A DNA stretch of 64,000 bases, taken from assembly GCF_046119375.1 (NCBI RefSeq), contig NW_027362769.1, forward strand, positions 330,584,001-330,648,000. Direction: 5' to 3'. This DNA comes from Phyllobates terribilis (Eukaryota). Position numbers and translations under genes: made by a program. Below, piece by piece: positions 35,470-48,161 of this stretch. Position 1 is the first letter of the stretch; the number at the start of each line of letters is the position of its first letter. Below the pieces are notes generated by a model. The model made no database searches and was not told the DNA's origin. It was given only the letters and a program-made list of their open reading frames with translations.

Positions 35470-37580
35470 TAATATAACCTTCTTCTCATCTCATATCCTC
35501 CCTGTCTCACAACCCTGAACAACTATTTAACACTTTCAATTCTCTCCTTCGTCCCCCAGCACCTCTTCTCTCATCTCAGTCGAAGACTTTGACACCATCA
35601 GACAAAGCTTTTGCCTAAAATCCACACAACTCCTCCTCATATCTACTCAATCTTCCTCCTCCAAACCCCACTTCTCCACCATTAGAGAAGATCAAGTCTC
35701 CTCTTTACTCTCCAAATCACACCTCACCACCTGCGAACTTAACCCAATCCCATCCCACCTCATCCCTAACCTTACCACAGTCTTCATCCCAACCCTAACC
35801 CACCTCTTCAACCTGTCACTAACAACTGGTGTCTTCCCCTCATGTTCCAAACATGCCGCAATCACACCCATCCTCAAAAAGCCCTCCCTTGACCCATCCT
35901 CTCTGACTAGCTACCGCCCCATTACTAGAACAACATGGCCACCTTGAACTGTCCTCCCACCTCTCCTCCTGTTCCCTCTTCAACCGCCTACAATCTGGCT
36001 TCCAACCGCATCACTCGACTGAAACTGCCCTGACCAAAGTCACTAACGACCTACTAAACGCCAAATCCAAGAGACACTACTCCATCCTCCTCCTCCTGGA
36101 CCGGTCATCTGCGTTTGACACAGTGGACCATTCCCTCTTACTACAGAGTCTCTCATCTCTTGGCATCACGGACTTGGCCCTATCTTGGATCTCCTCATAC
36201 TTAACAGACAGGACATTCAGCGTCTCCCACTCACGCACCACCTCCTCATCATCTCGCCCCCTATATGTCGGTGTCCCCCAAGGTTCAGTTCTAGGGCCCC
36301 TGCTCTTCTCCATCTACACCTTCGGCCTGGGACAGCTCATAGAGTCTCATGGCTTTCAGTATCACCTCTATGCTGATGACACACAGATCTACCTCTCTGG
36401 ACCAGATATCTGCTCTCTACTAACCAAAATCCCACAATGTCTGTCCGTTATTTCATCCTTCTTCTCTGCCAGATTTCTAAAACTCAACATGGATAAAACA
36501 GAGTTCATCATCTTTCCACCCTCTCACTCATATCCCCCATCTGACCTATCCATCAACGTCAATGGCAGTTCACTCTCCCCAGTCCCACAAGCTCGCTGCC
36601 TTGGGGTAACCCTGGACTCTGATCTCTCCTTCAAACCATATATCCAAGCCTTTTCGACTTCCTGCCGACTCCAACTCAAAAATATCTCCCGGATCCGTGC
36701 ATTCCTCAGCAAAGACTCTGCAAAAACACTAGTGCAGGCCCTCATCATCTCCCGCCTTGACTACTGCAACCTCCTGCTCTGTGGTCTCCCTTCTAACACT
36801 CTCGCACCCCTCCAATCTATCCTAAACTCAGCTGCCCGACTAATCCACCTGTCCCCTGCTATTCCCTGGCCTCTCCTCTCTGTAAATCTCTTCACTGGCT
36901 TTCCATTGCCCAGAGACTGCAGTTCAAGACCCTAACCATGACATACAAAGCCATTCACAACCCGTCTCCTCCATACATCTCCGACCTAGTCTCCGGAATT
37001 TACCTGCACGCAACCTCCGATCCTCACAAGATCTCCTTCTCTACTCCCCTCTTATCTCCTCTTCCCACAATCGCATACAAGATTTCTCCCATGCATCACC
37101 CCTACTCTGGAACTCTCTACCCCAATGTTCCCCAACTCCAGTCCTCAAGGCCCACCACCAGCTCATGTTTTCAGGATTTCCTTAGTATTACACAGGTGAT
37201 GGAATTATCACCCGTGCAATACTAAGAAAATCCTGAAAACATGACCGGTTGGGGGGCCTTGAGGACTGGAGTTGGGGAACCCTGCTCTACCCCAACATAT
37301 CAGACTCTCGCCTACCATGGATATCTTCAAAAGGAAACCAAAGACCCACCTCTTCCGACAAGCCTACAACCTGCAGTAACCCTAGCTCCACCACACTGCT
37401 GCACGACCAGCTCTACCCTCACCTACTGTATCCTCACCCATCTCTTGTAGACTGTGAACCCTCGCAGGCAGGGTCCCCTCTCCTCCTGTACCAGTCGCCA
37501 TCACGTTTTGTTCAAGATTATTGTAAGTGTTTCTGCTATGTATACCCCTTTTTCACATGTAAAGCGTCATGGAATAAATG
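35470..37580 (+). mobile_element. L2-clade LINE, 5'-truncated, in BRI3 intron 2 (antisense to the gene)
   Basis: RT motifs [32 protein letters not shown]; frameshifts; 3' tail TGTAAAGCGTCATGGAATAAATGGCATTATTA. Confidence 0.92.
37123..37284. mobile_element. hAT-type palindromic MITE (162 bp) inside the L2 3' end
   Basis: Near-complete hairpin; perfect 8-bp TSD CTCTACCC. Confidence 0.9.
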
Positions 37581-39008
37581 GCATTATTACAGCAATAAGC
37601 TACCACGTTCTGCGAGTGCAGTGCTTCTACTTACCACCAGGTGGTGCTATGAGCTGTATGGAATTTTCTATTAGACAGCATTTTTTTGGAATTCTAATTT
37701 GATCATTTTTTCATAATGTTCACTTTGGACCCCAAATAATGTCAAATTAATACATCAGGTTATTAAAGTTGTGTAGATCACAGAAAAAAAAAAAAAAAAA
37801 ACAGATCCCCCTGTAGTGAGATCAGTCACTAGCAATATGGGATTGCTGAGAGAGCAGCGTGTGCATGTCATACACATAATGCAAGCACTCACATGATTGG
37901 GGGGGGGGGGGGGCACAATGACCTCTTCCTCACATCTGCTTACAGTGACCATATTCTGACAGTATTTATTCAGTGCTGCTGTCTAGTGTTTCCGCCATCT
38001 CCCTCCCCCCTGATCGTATAGCTCGTGATATAGACGACATGCAATGCTCATATTGGGTTATCATACGATATTTAATTGCATGCAATGATTGGAAGCGACC
38101 AAGCATTGTCAGAAAGGGTTACCAAATATTGCTAAACAGTTGTTAATATTAAGGGTTATTCCTAACATTGAAAGTTATCATCCATCGACAGGATAGTTGG
38201 TAACTTCCTGATTGCTGGGACCCCCACAATCGGAGCGGTGTACTCTGCTGTCCCCGGTAGTCCCACAGGCAATGGAGTGGCGGCGAGGAGACGGCCAGAC
38301 CGGCCGAGCAGTGAATAAAAATGAAAGATCCATCCACTTTTATGGACAGATTTTAATAACAGGTAAATTGCAAAGTTACTGCTTTTCACAAGAACTTTTT
38401 ATATTTGATCTATTAATGAACAGGATTATTAAAAAAAATAAAATTACGCAATGTTATCTCAACTCTATAATCCTTGCCTTCTTACAGGAACATAAAGAAT
38501 AAAGACTTCTATGCTGCTAGCATCCGGGAAGATATGGCGCATTATACATTTCTTATTTGTATAGTGAGTACTTGAACTTGATATGTGCAGCTGATCACAA
38601 AGCGTGATGGCTGACTTAGTAACTGCTGACCAAACAGGGATTACATAATCCTCCAACATATGACTCCACTTAGATAATGAGAAGGACACGGAAGTTGATA
38701 AACAACTAAATGTGCAAGATATTTTTGGCATTAAATTGAATTATTAGGGTAAGTTCATGCGAAAAACTGTGCTGCAAGTGTAAGGCAGAGGCGGCTTCAC
38801 CCGTAAATCACAGTCTGTGTGTGGACCATGATATCAAACAGTGTCGTGACACCTGGACATCCCGGGGCTAGGAGAACCCTAGCTAACCCTGCTCCCTGGA
38901 TTACTTCTAATGGTGAAGATGCCGGGGCCACGTGCCTTGCTGAGCTCCTGAATCAGCCCTCATCTGTCTCCTCCCCCACCCAGGGAAGTGGGGAGTAGTT
39001 GTATACAA

Positions 39009-39748
39009 CAGAGGTCCCCAACCGCCGGTCCGCGGACCAGGACCGGGCCGTTGGGGTTTTTCAGCCGGTCCGCGGCGCCGCTGACAGTTGTAGAGGATCA
39101 GCAGGGAGAAAGCCAGCATGTGATCAGTAGCCTATAAGAAAAGAGGAGGGGGGACTGGCAGTGAATAGATAATTAGCCATGCGGCCCTACTGGCAGAATG
39201 TGCTCAGGCAGGAGCAGGGACAAGCAGGTCATGTGTGTCCAGCGCTCCTTCCCCTCCTGCTAGCTGCGAGTTGGAGGGGGAGGGGCTCTGGATGCTAATG
39301 GGCAGCTAGATATGACGTCAGGTGTCCCACCCTTATGACTCCTGTAGCTGTGTTCTGGTGTCGTGCGGCCCAGCAGCAGATTTTCTGGTTAAAGTGAAAA
39401 AAGCAAATAACAGTGAAAATTCATAGCAGCAGTGGCTGTGTCCAGTAGCAGCAGTAGTGGTCATCATCATCAGATGGGAGCTAGATGGGACCGTCTTGTT
39501 GCAGGAAAACAAGCCCAGTGCTCCCACTGATCCAGGGAAACAAGCCTGGTGCTCCCACTCATTCTGAACCTATGGTAAGTTGAATCACATTCTCATTATA
39601 AATGTCATAATTATATGATAAGTATGCACTAAGCTCCACCCCTCCATAACCCCACCCACATATGACCAAAGCCCCACCCCCACCCGGCCATTGAAAACTG
39701 GTCTTGCTTAAAGCCGGTCCCTGGTGCAAAAAAGTTTGCCGACCACTG
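39009..39748. mobile_element. hAT-type MITE
   Basis: CAGAGGTCCCCAACC ... GCCGACCACTG; perfect 8-bp TSD GTATACAA. Confidence 0.88.
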
Positions 39749-39991
39749 GTATACAAGAATACACAAACCAGACTAACAAAGGAAGACATACAGGGATAAA
39801 TGAAAATACCAATCATACAAATATGCGCTCACAGACAACAGAGTGGAACACCGGGAAGTAAAGGGAAGGAAAAACCAAATAAGAGGATGAGGATATGCAC
39901 ACAAATCATTAAGTAAGTCTTTAGAACAACACTCCAAATGCTTCCTCAAACAACCAACACCTCCAACTCCAGAACCAGGCAGTATAAAACT

Positions 39992-40281
39992 TTGGGCTGT
40001 GGAGTTGGTAAGCCAAACTTCCGGCTCCTCGATTTCCATGACACCGACTCCCTCATACATGGCTCGTGATTAAGTGACACAATTACTGTAGCACAGATTC
40101 ATCTCAGCTAAAAGTCTAGACCCCTAGATCAAGGAATAGGACATTTCATAACTTTCCAAATTCTTATGAAAAATATTCCCCACAAACTGCATTGAACTAC
40201 TGTACCCAATTTATTATATATTTTAGGAGTTGGAGTCGGTCCATTTTATACTGACTCCACGACTCAGATTCCACAGCCCTG
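39992..40281. mobile_element. hAT-type MITE
   Basis: ..GGGCTGTGGAGT ... TTCCACAGCCCTG; perfect 8-bp TSD ATAAAACT. Confidence 0.85.
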
Positions 40282-41086
40282 ATAAAACTAACACTGGCAA
40301 TCCTGATTGCCAGAGGCGAGTATATGTAGTAGAGGAAAGTGGCCAACACTGAACAGCTGAGACCATCAAAGCTGCAAATCTCCAGACACTCAACTGAGCA
40401 GATTAACCTCTACGCTGCAAGCAGAAACCTGCACTGTTTAATATGATGGTGAAGTGCTTCGAATCAGTGCAGGAGTACGTGAAATCAGACACCGTGGTCT
40501 TCTGGTCCCTCTCTGTTGCTGTAAACCTGTGACACTGGGTGTCTGGACCTGGACTCACGACTTGTATATACTTTTGAGACTCAGGAGACCTGCGGCCGGT
40601 CTGAACATCGTGGTACGTACATGGACCATGAATTGCAGATGTATGATGCCAGCTTAAGCGTACACAGCATTTACGGGTGCACACATGCACTGTATTTTTG
40701 CTATGACCCTATGTATAGAATAACCTTATTTACTGCAATTTCCTATAAAATTAAAGGTATGCAAACACAAAACAACCAAAGGCTGGTCAAACGAACAACA
40801 CTTTGGGCCTCTTTTCGCCCATTTTCGTGGCATATATGTTCAGATAGGTGCACAAACGTTGTGCTTTACATAGGGAATTTGCTACAGATTGTGTAATGAC
40901 ATCACCATAGAAGTCAACCTATACATTGAAGGGATGAGTATCTAACAGTTAACGTGAACCTGGTTATATAGAAATACAACACTCCTGTAAATATAGGTGC
41001 ACAAGTATGGTCCCAATCCCAATATAGTCCAACGGGAAAAACTTGGCATTCAAATCTGAATATTGATATGATGTTTTATTAGTTAC

Positions 41087-41186
41087 CTGCATGCTGGACA
41101 CCCTCCGACTACGACCACAGAAGTCGTTCCTGGCTGTTGGATAATGACAGGGCAGGGGTAGGCAACATGCGACGTTCCCATATATC
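41087..41186 (-). CDS. BRI3: BRI3 coding exon 2
   Basis: Acceptor poly-T CAG|; (G)YMGTSHVAYPCPVIIQQPGTTSVVVVGGCPAC(R); donor AG|GTAACT. Phases fit exons 1 and 3 (187+100+133 = 420 nt). Confidence 0.92.
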
Positions 41187-42643
41187 CTGAAAAAAAAAAA
41201 AAAAAAAATAGTACATCATTAGGTTACCATATCACATTTCATACATGATCCTGGCGAAGAACGCAAGTATTTCTTCCTACAGGAGGACAAATAAGTTGGA
41301 TGTAAGCTCGCTCTCTACGGAGGGTGGCCGTGCCATTATTACGATTAGTGGGGGCTTATCCAGGTAACTACACTTTTATAGGACATCTAGCTTTTAAATT
41401 AGAAAACCCCTTTCCGCAATATAGATTTTTTCAGTTCCAATTCTTCACGTGTTGGAATTATCAGAACGAATCATAAGCATAAACCTCTTCTCCACATAGC
41501 TCTTTCTGGCAGATAGGGTATTAGTAGTCATTTCCACGTATTTGCCAGTGACAGTGAGGAAGTTAAATATTAACATTACAAACATTTAGCAGCCAATGTG
41601 TTACGCCAATAGTTTATGATGATGGCGGAGGCAACAAAACCTGCGATCTGGGATATGTGACACCAAATAGCATCAGCCAGGTCCGCAAGTGGAGAAAAAG
41701 CAGTGTCTAGTTGCCATCGAAACACCAGCCCAAGATGTGCCATATGGTGGGCAGATACACAGACCCCAGAAAGAAGTTCCCACGAATCTTCCACTGTTTA
41801 GATGGTTGAAAACGCTCTCCTGATTTTACCAAAACCCAGAGATAGTCTAAAGCAGTGGACAAATATTAGATCACAAATGTAAGCATTGACCAGAAGATCT
41901 TATGAGTAGGTCACCAGACATTTCACATGTTTGTTCCCTCAAAGCCAACAGGTTTCGGTTTCTACACGCCCATAGGTCAGACATGCAGAATCTGAATCCT
42001 TATTTTCCTGGAAAAAAATAAAATGGATACTAGTAGGAGCTAAATGTTTTTACCACTGGTCCTACGTAGAAAACCAAAAGCAAGTTCTATAGTGAAAGGA
42101 CACCAGGTTTTGAAAAAAAAAAGAGGAAAAACCCACCACACACATTATTTAAAAGGGTTATTCCAACTATATATCCATGGGATAGGCTATAAATATCTAA
42201 TAGGTGTGGGCCCAAATCTATCTCTAAAACAAAGGTCCCCGATCCCCATCCCTTCTGGTGACCCCATCCCACCGCAATTCGGAAAATAAATCAAATCAAT
42301 GGATGGGTTTCTGCTAAGGGACTAAACAAAATATCTGAAAACACTTGTGAATTGCAAATTCCATCCTAGGGAGGAACCTCAAATCTTAGGAGAAAAAATT
42401 TTTAGAAGGGGCACTTGAGGAAAAGAGGTTTTAAACATTGACAGGTCAAGGGGGCGCAAGTTCTAAAAAAGCCTTCAACAATTACAACTGGAGTTTGGGC
42501 TTCCCCATGAACTTTTCTATCAACACCTGCGATTAAGACATTCTTTTACCTCTCAAAATAAACTATCACCTATAAAATTTGTGAACATTGATGCAGTTGT
42601 CTCCTCGGAGTCTACTAGAAGGCTAATTTCACATAACTATAAA

Positions 42644-43520
42644 CAACTAATAGATGGTGGCCCGATTCTAATGCATCGGGTATTCTAGAATAGGTATGCG
42701 GCCGACCGGGCGCAATCATCAGAGCGGTATTTAAATTTGGCGCCAAAATCGCTGATTGGTTGAGGCCGGCAACCGCGACCAATTAGCAAAGCGGTGTTAA
42801 AATTTGGCGCCTATATCGCAGATTGGTCACGGCCGCGACTAATCAGCAGAGCGTTATTTAAATTTGGCGCCAATAATGCTGGTTATTCGTGACCGGTAAC
42901 CGCCACCAATCAGCACAGCGGTGTTTAAGTTTGCCGCCCATCACGCGGATTGGTCGCGGTGGCCGGCCGCGACCAATCAGCGTCGTATTAGTGTGGGCCC
43001 GGGAGCGGCGCTGCCTGTGCGGCTCCTTCAGCTGCGAGAAGCCGGGAGATGAGCGGCTACTCGCAGCAGAAGCATCCCGACCGGCGGCGCCACTCCCCGG
43101 TCCTCCATTCACACTTGCTGTCGGGAGATCAGCGGGCCAAGCCGCTGATCTTCCGACATTAGCCGCATGGAGGTCAGCGGCGCCGGTCGGGGTAGTTGTG
43201 CTGCTAGCGCCGCTCATTTCCCGGCTGCATCGCCGCTGACCTATGTCCGCCAGATGAGCCGCTAACGGCCGCCATCTTTTTTCAGAAATCCCGTGGCGTT
43301 GATTGGCCGCTGCCGGACCAATGAGCGACGCGGGATTTCCTGGACNNNNNNNNNNNNNNNNNNNNNNNNNNNNNNNNNNNNNNNNNNNNNNNNNNNNNNN
43401 NNNNNNNNNNNNNNNNNNNNNNNNNNNNNNNNNNNNNNNNNNNNNNNNNNNNNNNNNNNNNNNNNNNNNNNNNNNNNNNNNNNNNNNNNNNNNNNNNNNN
43501 NNNNACAGACAAATACAATG
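42644..43520 (+). mobile_element. Probable non-autonomous Helitron/Helentron-like element with CCAAT-rich tandem core
   Basis: 5' subterminal hairpin CCCGAT-TCTAATGC-ATCGGG; ~60-70-bp CpG-rich repeats with CCAATCAG/CTGATTGG; the gap is flanked by GGAC..ACAGAC, suggesting a (GACA)n tract. Confidence 0.45.
43346..43504. other. Assembly gap (N run)
   Basis: 159 consecutive N. Confidence 1.
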
Positions 43521-44050
43521 AAAAGTAAAGTCTAGATCGGAAGCTGGGAGATATTTCTTTGGAACAATGGAGATCCTTGAACTAATCCCAGGGTTATCTT
43601 CCTGTGAATCCCAAAGACTATCACAATCATATCTTGTTCATTGACTGTTCGAAACTGCAAGCTTCCTCTTCAAAGTTGGTGCCAAATGCAAGATGCCCCA
43701 GGTGTGGAAGCGAGAATGGTCACCTAATGCACATGATGTGGGAATGGGTTTCGATAGAAGCCTTTTGGAGGGAAATATTGGATCTTGTGGAGAGACTATT
43801 TAAGATGAGACTAGAACCGAAGCCCAGAAGGTCTATACTGGGTCTTTTGGGGGAAAATCTGGACATAGACTCCTCAACGGCTCTGGGGATCTTAAGGATT
43901 CTCTCAGGCACGTAAACTACTGGTATAAATTGCTTAGATCCGAACCCTCCAACCTTAACAAAATTGAAGAAAATGAATAATATTTATGGAGAGGGGAGTG
44001 TATCAGAAGAGAAATGCCATGCAGAAATATGAGTTGATGTGGGGACACTG
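43520..44050 (+). mobile_element. L1/Tx1-type LINE ORF2 C-terminal fragment
   Basis: CPRCGSENGHLMHMMWEW..FWREI resembles the C-terminal cysteine-rich motif (C-x-R-C...HMWWEC..FW) of L1-clade ORF2. Confidence 0.65.
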
Positions 44051-46846
44051 GCTGGATACTCCCAATTTTCCTTCCTATATACTAATAAGAGAGAGCGATC
44101 CTTTCTGTTCTCCGTCCTCTTACACTTAGACCTTGAACAAAAGAGAAAGGAAGGAATAATCGAAATTATACCCTACAACAAAACAGTCAATGAGAATCAG
44201 CTCTCGGGTTAGGTGGACGGATATGTAAGTCACTACCGGACGCAACGTCAAAGACTTGTGGACATGCAGGACTATGCCGGACTTTCACATATGACAGTTT
44301 AGAGTAGCTGGAGATCCGTGAGAAGACTGATTGTGCTATGGAGTTGTCAGCCCTCCTCCAAGATAAGCATGTGATAGCCAAAGTTCACATGACTTAGGAG
44401 ACAATGCTTCAAAAGCTAGAAGACAAAGTCAAAGGTTTTTGAAGACGACACTCAGTATTTGTAACTAATGACGTCTCACAAGGTTAGGGTGCAGTCAGAC
44501 GGCTGATAAAAGCGGACCGAGATCGGAACGCAGTGCACGGACTGGCCGACGGCTCTACCGTCCCGAGCGTGACCACTGCATAGAAATATACTAGGCTGTC
44601 ACGCTCGGGTAGGTAGAGCCACTGGCTAGTCCATGCACTGTGCTCCGATTTATACGGACGTCTAACTTTGCCCTTAGTGTGAGAATAACTAAAAACATTG
44701 GGGTATGTTACTAAATCAAGAAAAGGATCTGGGCATTTGCCATGATCATTGGCCTCAGTTTTGGGAATCTATGGACATCCCAGCTCCTGGATCTAATGTA
44801 AATTTCCTAGTGCTGGACTAGGGTTGACCTGTCTGCTGCGTCCTTGTCACCTTACCAGTTGCAGACGTGCTCAGAAACAGTCATGCCCCTTCAGTACACA
44901 ACAGCTCTTCTCATTTTTCAGACCCACGTGGCAAAGTCATTGCATCTCTTCAATTCTAAGGTGCTATAGAAGACTTTTTTTTTTTTCCCACTACAAGTTC
45001 ACGGCAGATTGCCTTCAAGTATTGTGCTCGTCTCATTATATGGTTTCCCATGACACCAAATGAGTGGAGTTGTGTGTAAAGGGGGCTGGCTGGCATTTAT
45101 CAGTGTTTAAGCCAGTCCTCTTCTCTGTCACAGCTAAACGAGACTAGCTAGGCTATTAAACAAAGCAGTCTGCTGGCCCCTTAATGTGCAGACACATTGA
45201 AGTGGCTAATTGGCTAATAGAACTAGATCAGAAAATATATAACTTACTACTCACAGTGGATTTATTAATTCCAATTATAATTAATCCTGCTCTTGTATTG
45301 TTATGAAGAAGGATTTTTCATGCCAACATGAAGGACCTCACCTCTCATCCCCTCCATAACTGGCATCACAACCTCCTCACAGAATATATACCGCAGAAGC
45401 CAGGGAGTTTACTATGAGGGTAGGAGCTGCCAGACACTCCAAAAAGCTTAATACTTGTCTGTCTTTTCCTCCCTGGAGGTCTTGGCTTGGGATAACGTTT
45501 CAAATGAATTCTACAGAGGTGAAATGAGAACATCCTCAAATCCAATTTACATTCTGAATAGTTTAAGGAAGTACAAAGTGCACTTTTTTTTATAATTAAC
45601 ACTATTGTAAATTATTATACAAACACCTAAATAGGAGAAGTCCAGTGGACCAACGTCACTATAGTTCAATTACAGGGAACCTGACACTGGCCGTGATACT
45701 GCAGCCGTGTACATTGAAAAGCCGGCCGGGCAGATTTTATGCGTTGACAACAGCAGGTGATATTGTAGAGCATTTTTACAAACTATGAAAAGGGGCATGT
45801 TCACAAGCAGATTTTTCCGCAATGGAATCTGTTGCAGAAATTTGAAGCTGCCCCTCAGATATCTGCAGCTTAGTCTATCTGGACCGTGCGTTCGATGAGA
45901 CACATCTGCATGTGGCGACTCACACAGAAACAAGCGAGATGCCGCATATTGTAGAGCGGGGCGGACATACCACTGGTGAAACCTGTGAAACTGCACTGGG
46001 GCCCAGAAGTTAAGGGGGCCACTTCTGCCTCCAAAGCCGCAGCTTCAGGCCTCATTCACAGGTCAGGTTTTTTTCACATACAAGAAAAACTGACAGAGTT
46101 TTGTTAAAGTTACACTAGATTTTTTTTTTTCTACTAATGGGGGGGGGGTGAAAAAAAACAAAAAAGGTTTCTCTTCTATCACAAAAAAAAAAGTTTCTCC
46201 ACCTTCTATCAGTCAGTGAAAAACGGATGGAATCAGATTTTTTATTTTTTTTAACCAACCCATAGACTTTCATTGCAGTTTGAGCTGACACATCTCCGTG
46301 ATTTTGCATTGACCACTGGGCCCAAGAAAAAAAAATAAAAATCTGACATGTGAACAGCCCCATAGAATAGCATAGGTACAAGTACGATCTGTGGGAAATA
46401 AAAAACGGATAGCACTCACTGACGTGTGAATGATCCCTTAGAGACATAAGGCGGTCCATTAGGATGAACTATTGCACCCAAAAGGGTCCATATACTGCTC
46501 TTATATAGGGGCCGCTCTCCTGTCTATGTCTGTTGTCGTTGCAGTGGTTGTCAAATGTGTGCCCTTATAGAGCAGCAACATGTACATGACATGTAAAGAG
46601 AAATAAAATGGGGGAGGGGGGTCTCTTATGTAAGATTATATATATATTAGATAGTTGATAGATAGATAGGGGGAATGGCATATTGCAGCACACAGATACA
46701 TATTTATATACAGATAATAGGAAGGATACATTAATGTAAATATTGACAGATGAGCTATGTACAGACACGTGATCTTTAGCTACATCAATAAGCAGAGTGC
46801 CACTGCACAGACAGAGGCTAGCCCCCACTGGTGACGATGTACCCAC

Positions 46847-47033
46847 CGCTGCCCGTGGCCGTGGGGTAGCTGTAGGGGTACGGCGGGGGCTGGTGGCCGC
46901 TCTGGGCTGCGCTCTGCGGGGCTCCCGGGATGCTGCCGTAGTTGTTCTGCTGCTGCCCGTAGTCGCAGCCCCCGGTTTGGGCCGGGCTGTACGCCGGGGG
47001 TCGGTCCTGCAGCAGCGGCTTGGTATCCTCCAT
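46847..47033 (-). CDS. BRI3: BRI3 coding exon 1
   Basis: MEDTKPLLQDRPPAY...NYGSIPG...PPPYPY matches the BRI3 N-terminus (MDHKPLLQERPPAY in human); donor G|GTGGGT, phase 1. Confidence 0.95.
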
Positions 47034-47300
47034 GCTGTGCTCCCTCTCAGTGTGCTCGGTGCTGTACTGTGCGCGCGGCCAGTCACAAGACTCGGGTCAT
47101 GTGACCGCTCCCAACTGCCTGACTCTCCTCGGCAGGAAGCTCCTCTTAAAGCGACAGTGCCGCCATCGGCAGGCCGCGTGTACCTGTTACTCTGCGGAGC
47201 AGGAAGTCTTGAAAGAGTTAATGTCACTGGCTGCTCACTGCTGTGCTGTGCCGCTGGAGGAGACAGAGGAGGTGTGCTGAGCAGAGGTGACATCATGGGA
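47034..47300 (-). promoter_or_regulatory. BRI3 5'UTR/CpG-rich promoter region
   Basis: CpG-rich, TATA-like TTTAAGA on the minus strand near 47145, TGATGTCA CRE-like site near 47290. Confidence 0.55.
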
Positions 47301-47654
47301 AAAGCCCTGTCCCAAAAATCAAGAAGAGAGCACCTGCAGATGCACGACTGCTTCCAGCCTGCGCCCCTCTGTGGTCAGGAGCCCCCTGTCCATGAGTGAC
47401 ACTGGCTAATGTGGTTCTGCCGACCTTTATCTGCTGTTACTCTCTTGTGTAGGACAAGCTATGGGCGACAATCAGGAAGTAGCTGGGAGCGCAGCCCCAG
47501 AGATGGAAATATTAAAGGGGTCCTCCACCTCTGATAACAAAAACATACAGCCCAGAAGAAGGCTGAAAAATACAAATATCCCCCTGTCCATTGCCCACCG
47601 CTCCTCTTGTCATCGCCACATCCTCCACCTTCTCTGTACATCCTGTGCATGTGA

Positions 47655-48161
47655 CCAGTGCAGCCAATCAGTGGCCTCGTGGGTCACCGCCACCATCAGT
47701 GCACCCAATCAGTGGCCTTGTGGGTCACCGCTGCCATCAGTGCAGTCAATCAGTGGCCTTGTGGGTCACCGCTGCCATCAGTACAGTCAATCAATGGCCT
47801 TGTGGGTCACCGCCACCATCAGTGCAGCCAATCATACCTTGTGAGTCACTGCTGCCATCAGTGCAGTCAATTAGTGACCTTGTAGTTCACTGCCACCACC
47901 AGTGCAGCCAATTAGTGGCCTTGTGGGTCACCGCCGCCACCAGTGCAGCCAATCATACCTTGTGGGTCACCGCCGCCATCAGTCCAGTCAATCAATGGCC
48001 TTGTGGGTCACCGCCGCCATCAGTGCAGCCAATCATACCTTGTAAGTCACTGCTGCCATCAGTGCAGTCAATTAGTGACCTTGTGGTTCACTGCCGCCAC
48101 CAGTGCAGCCAATCAGTGGCCTTGTGGGTAACCACTGCCATCACTGCAGTCAATCAGTGAC
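47655..48161. repeat. 41-bp (and 37-bp variant) minisatellite; continues at 56005-56110
   Basis: Unit CATCAGTGCAGTCAATCAGTGGCCTTGTGGGTCACCGCTGC. Confidence 0.92.

Larger units (their letters stand above)
38842..40534. mobile_element. Possible solo LTR interrupted by two hAT MITEs
   Basis: TGTC.. start and ..GTGACA end, composition similar to 33646-34216; no matching TSD found. Confidence 0.4.

Noticed and set aside
41300-42600. Possible minus-strand L1 ORF2 remnant
   Set aside because: Only a faint resemblance to the C-terminal Cys motif; too degenerate to support without a search.
43282-43535. ORFs containing X runs
   Set aside because: Artefacts of the N gap.
46565-47399. 243-aa and 200-aa ORFs over BRI3 exon 1
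   Set aside because: Alternative frames of a CpG island; the real frame is the BRI3 match with valid splice phases.
47461-48160. Cys/His-rich and Pro-rich ORFs
   Set aside because: Translations of the 41-bp minisatellite.
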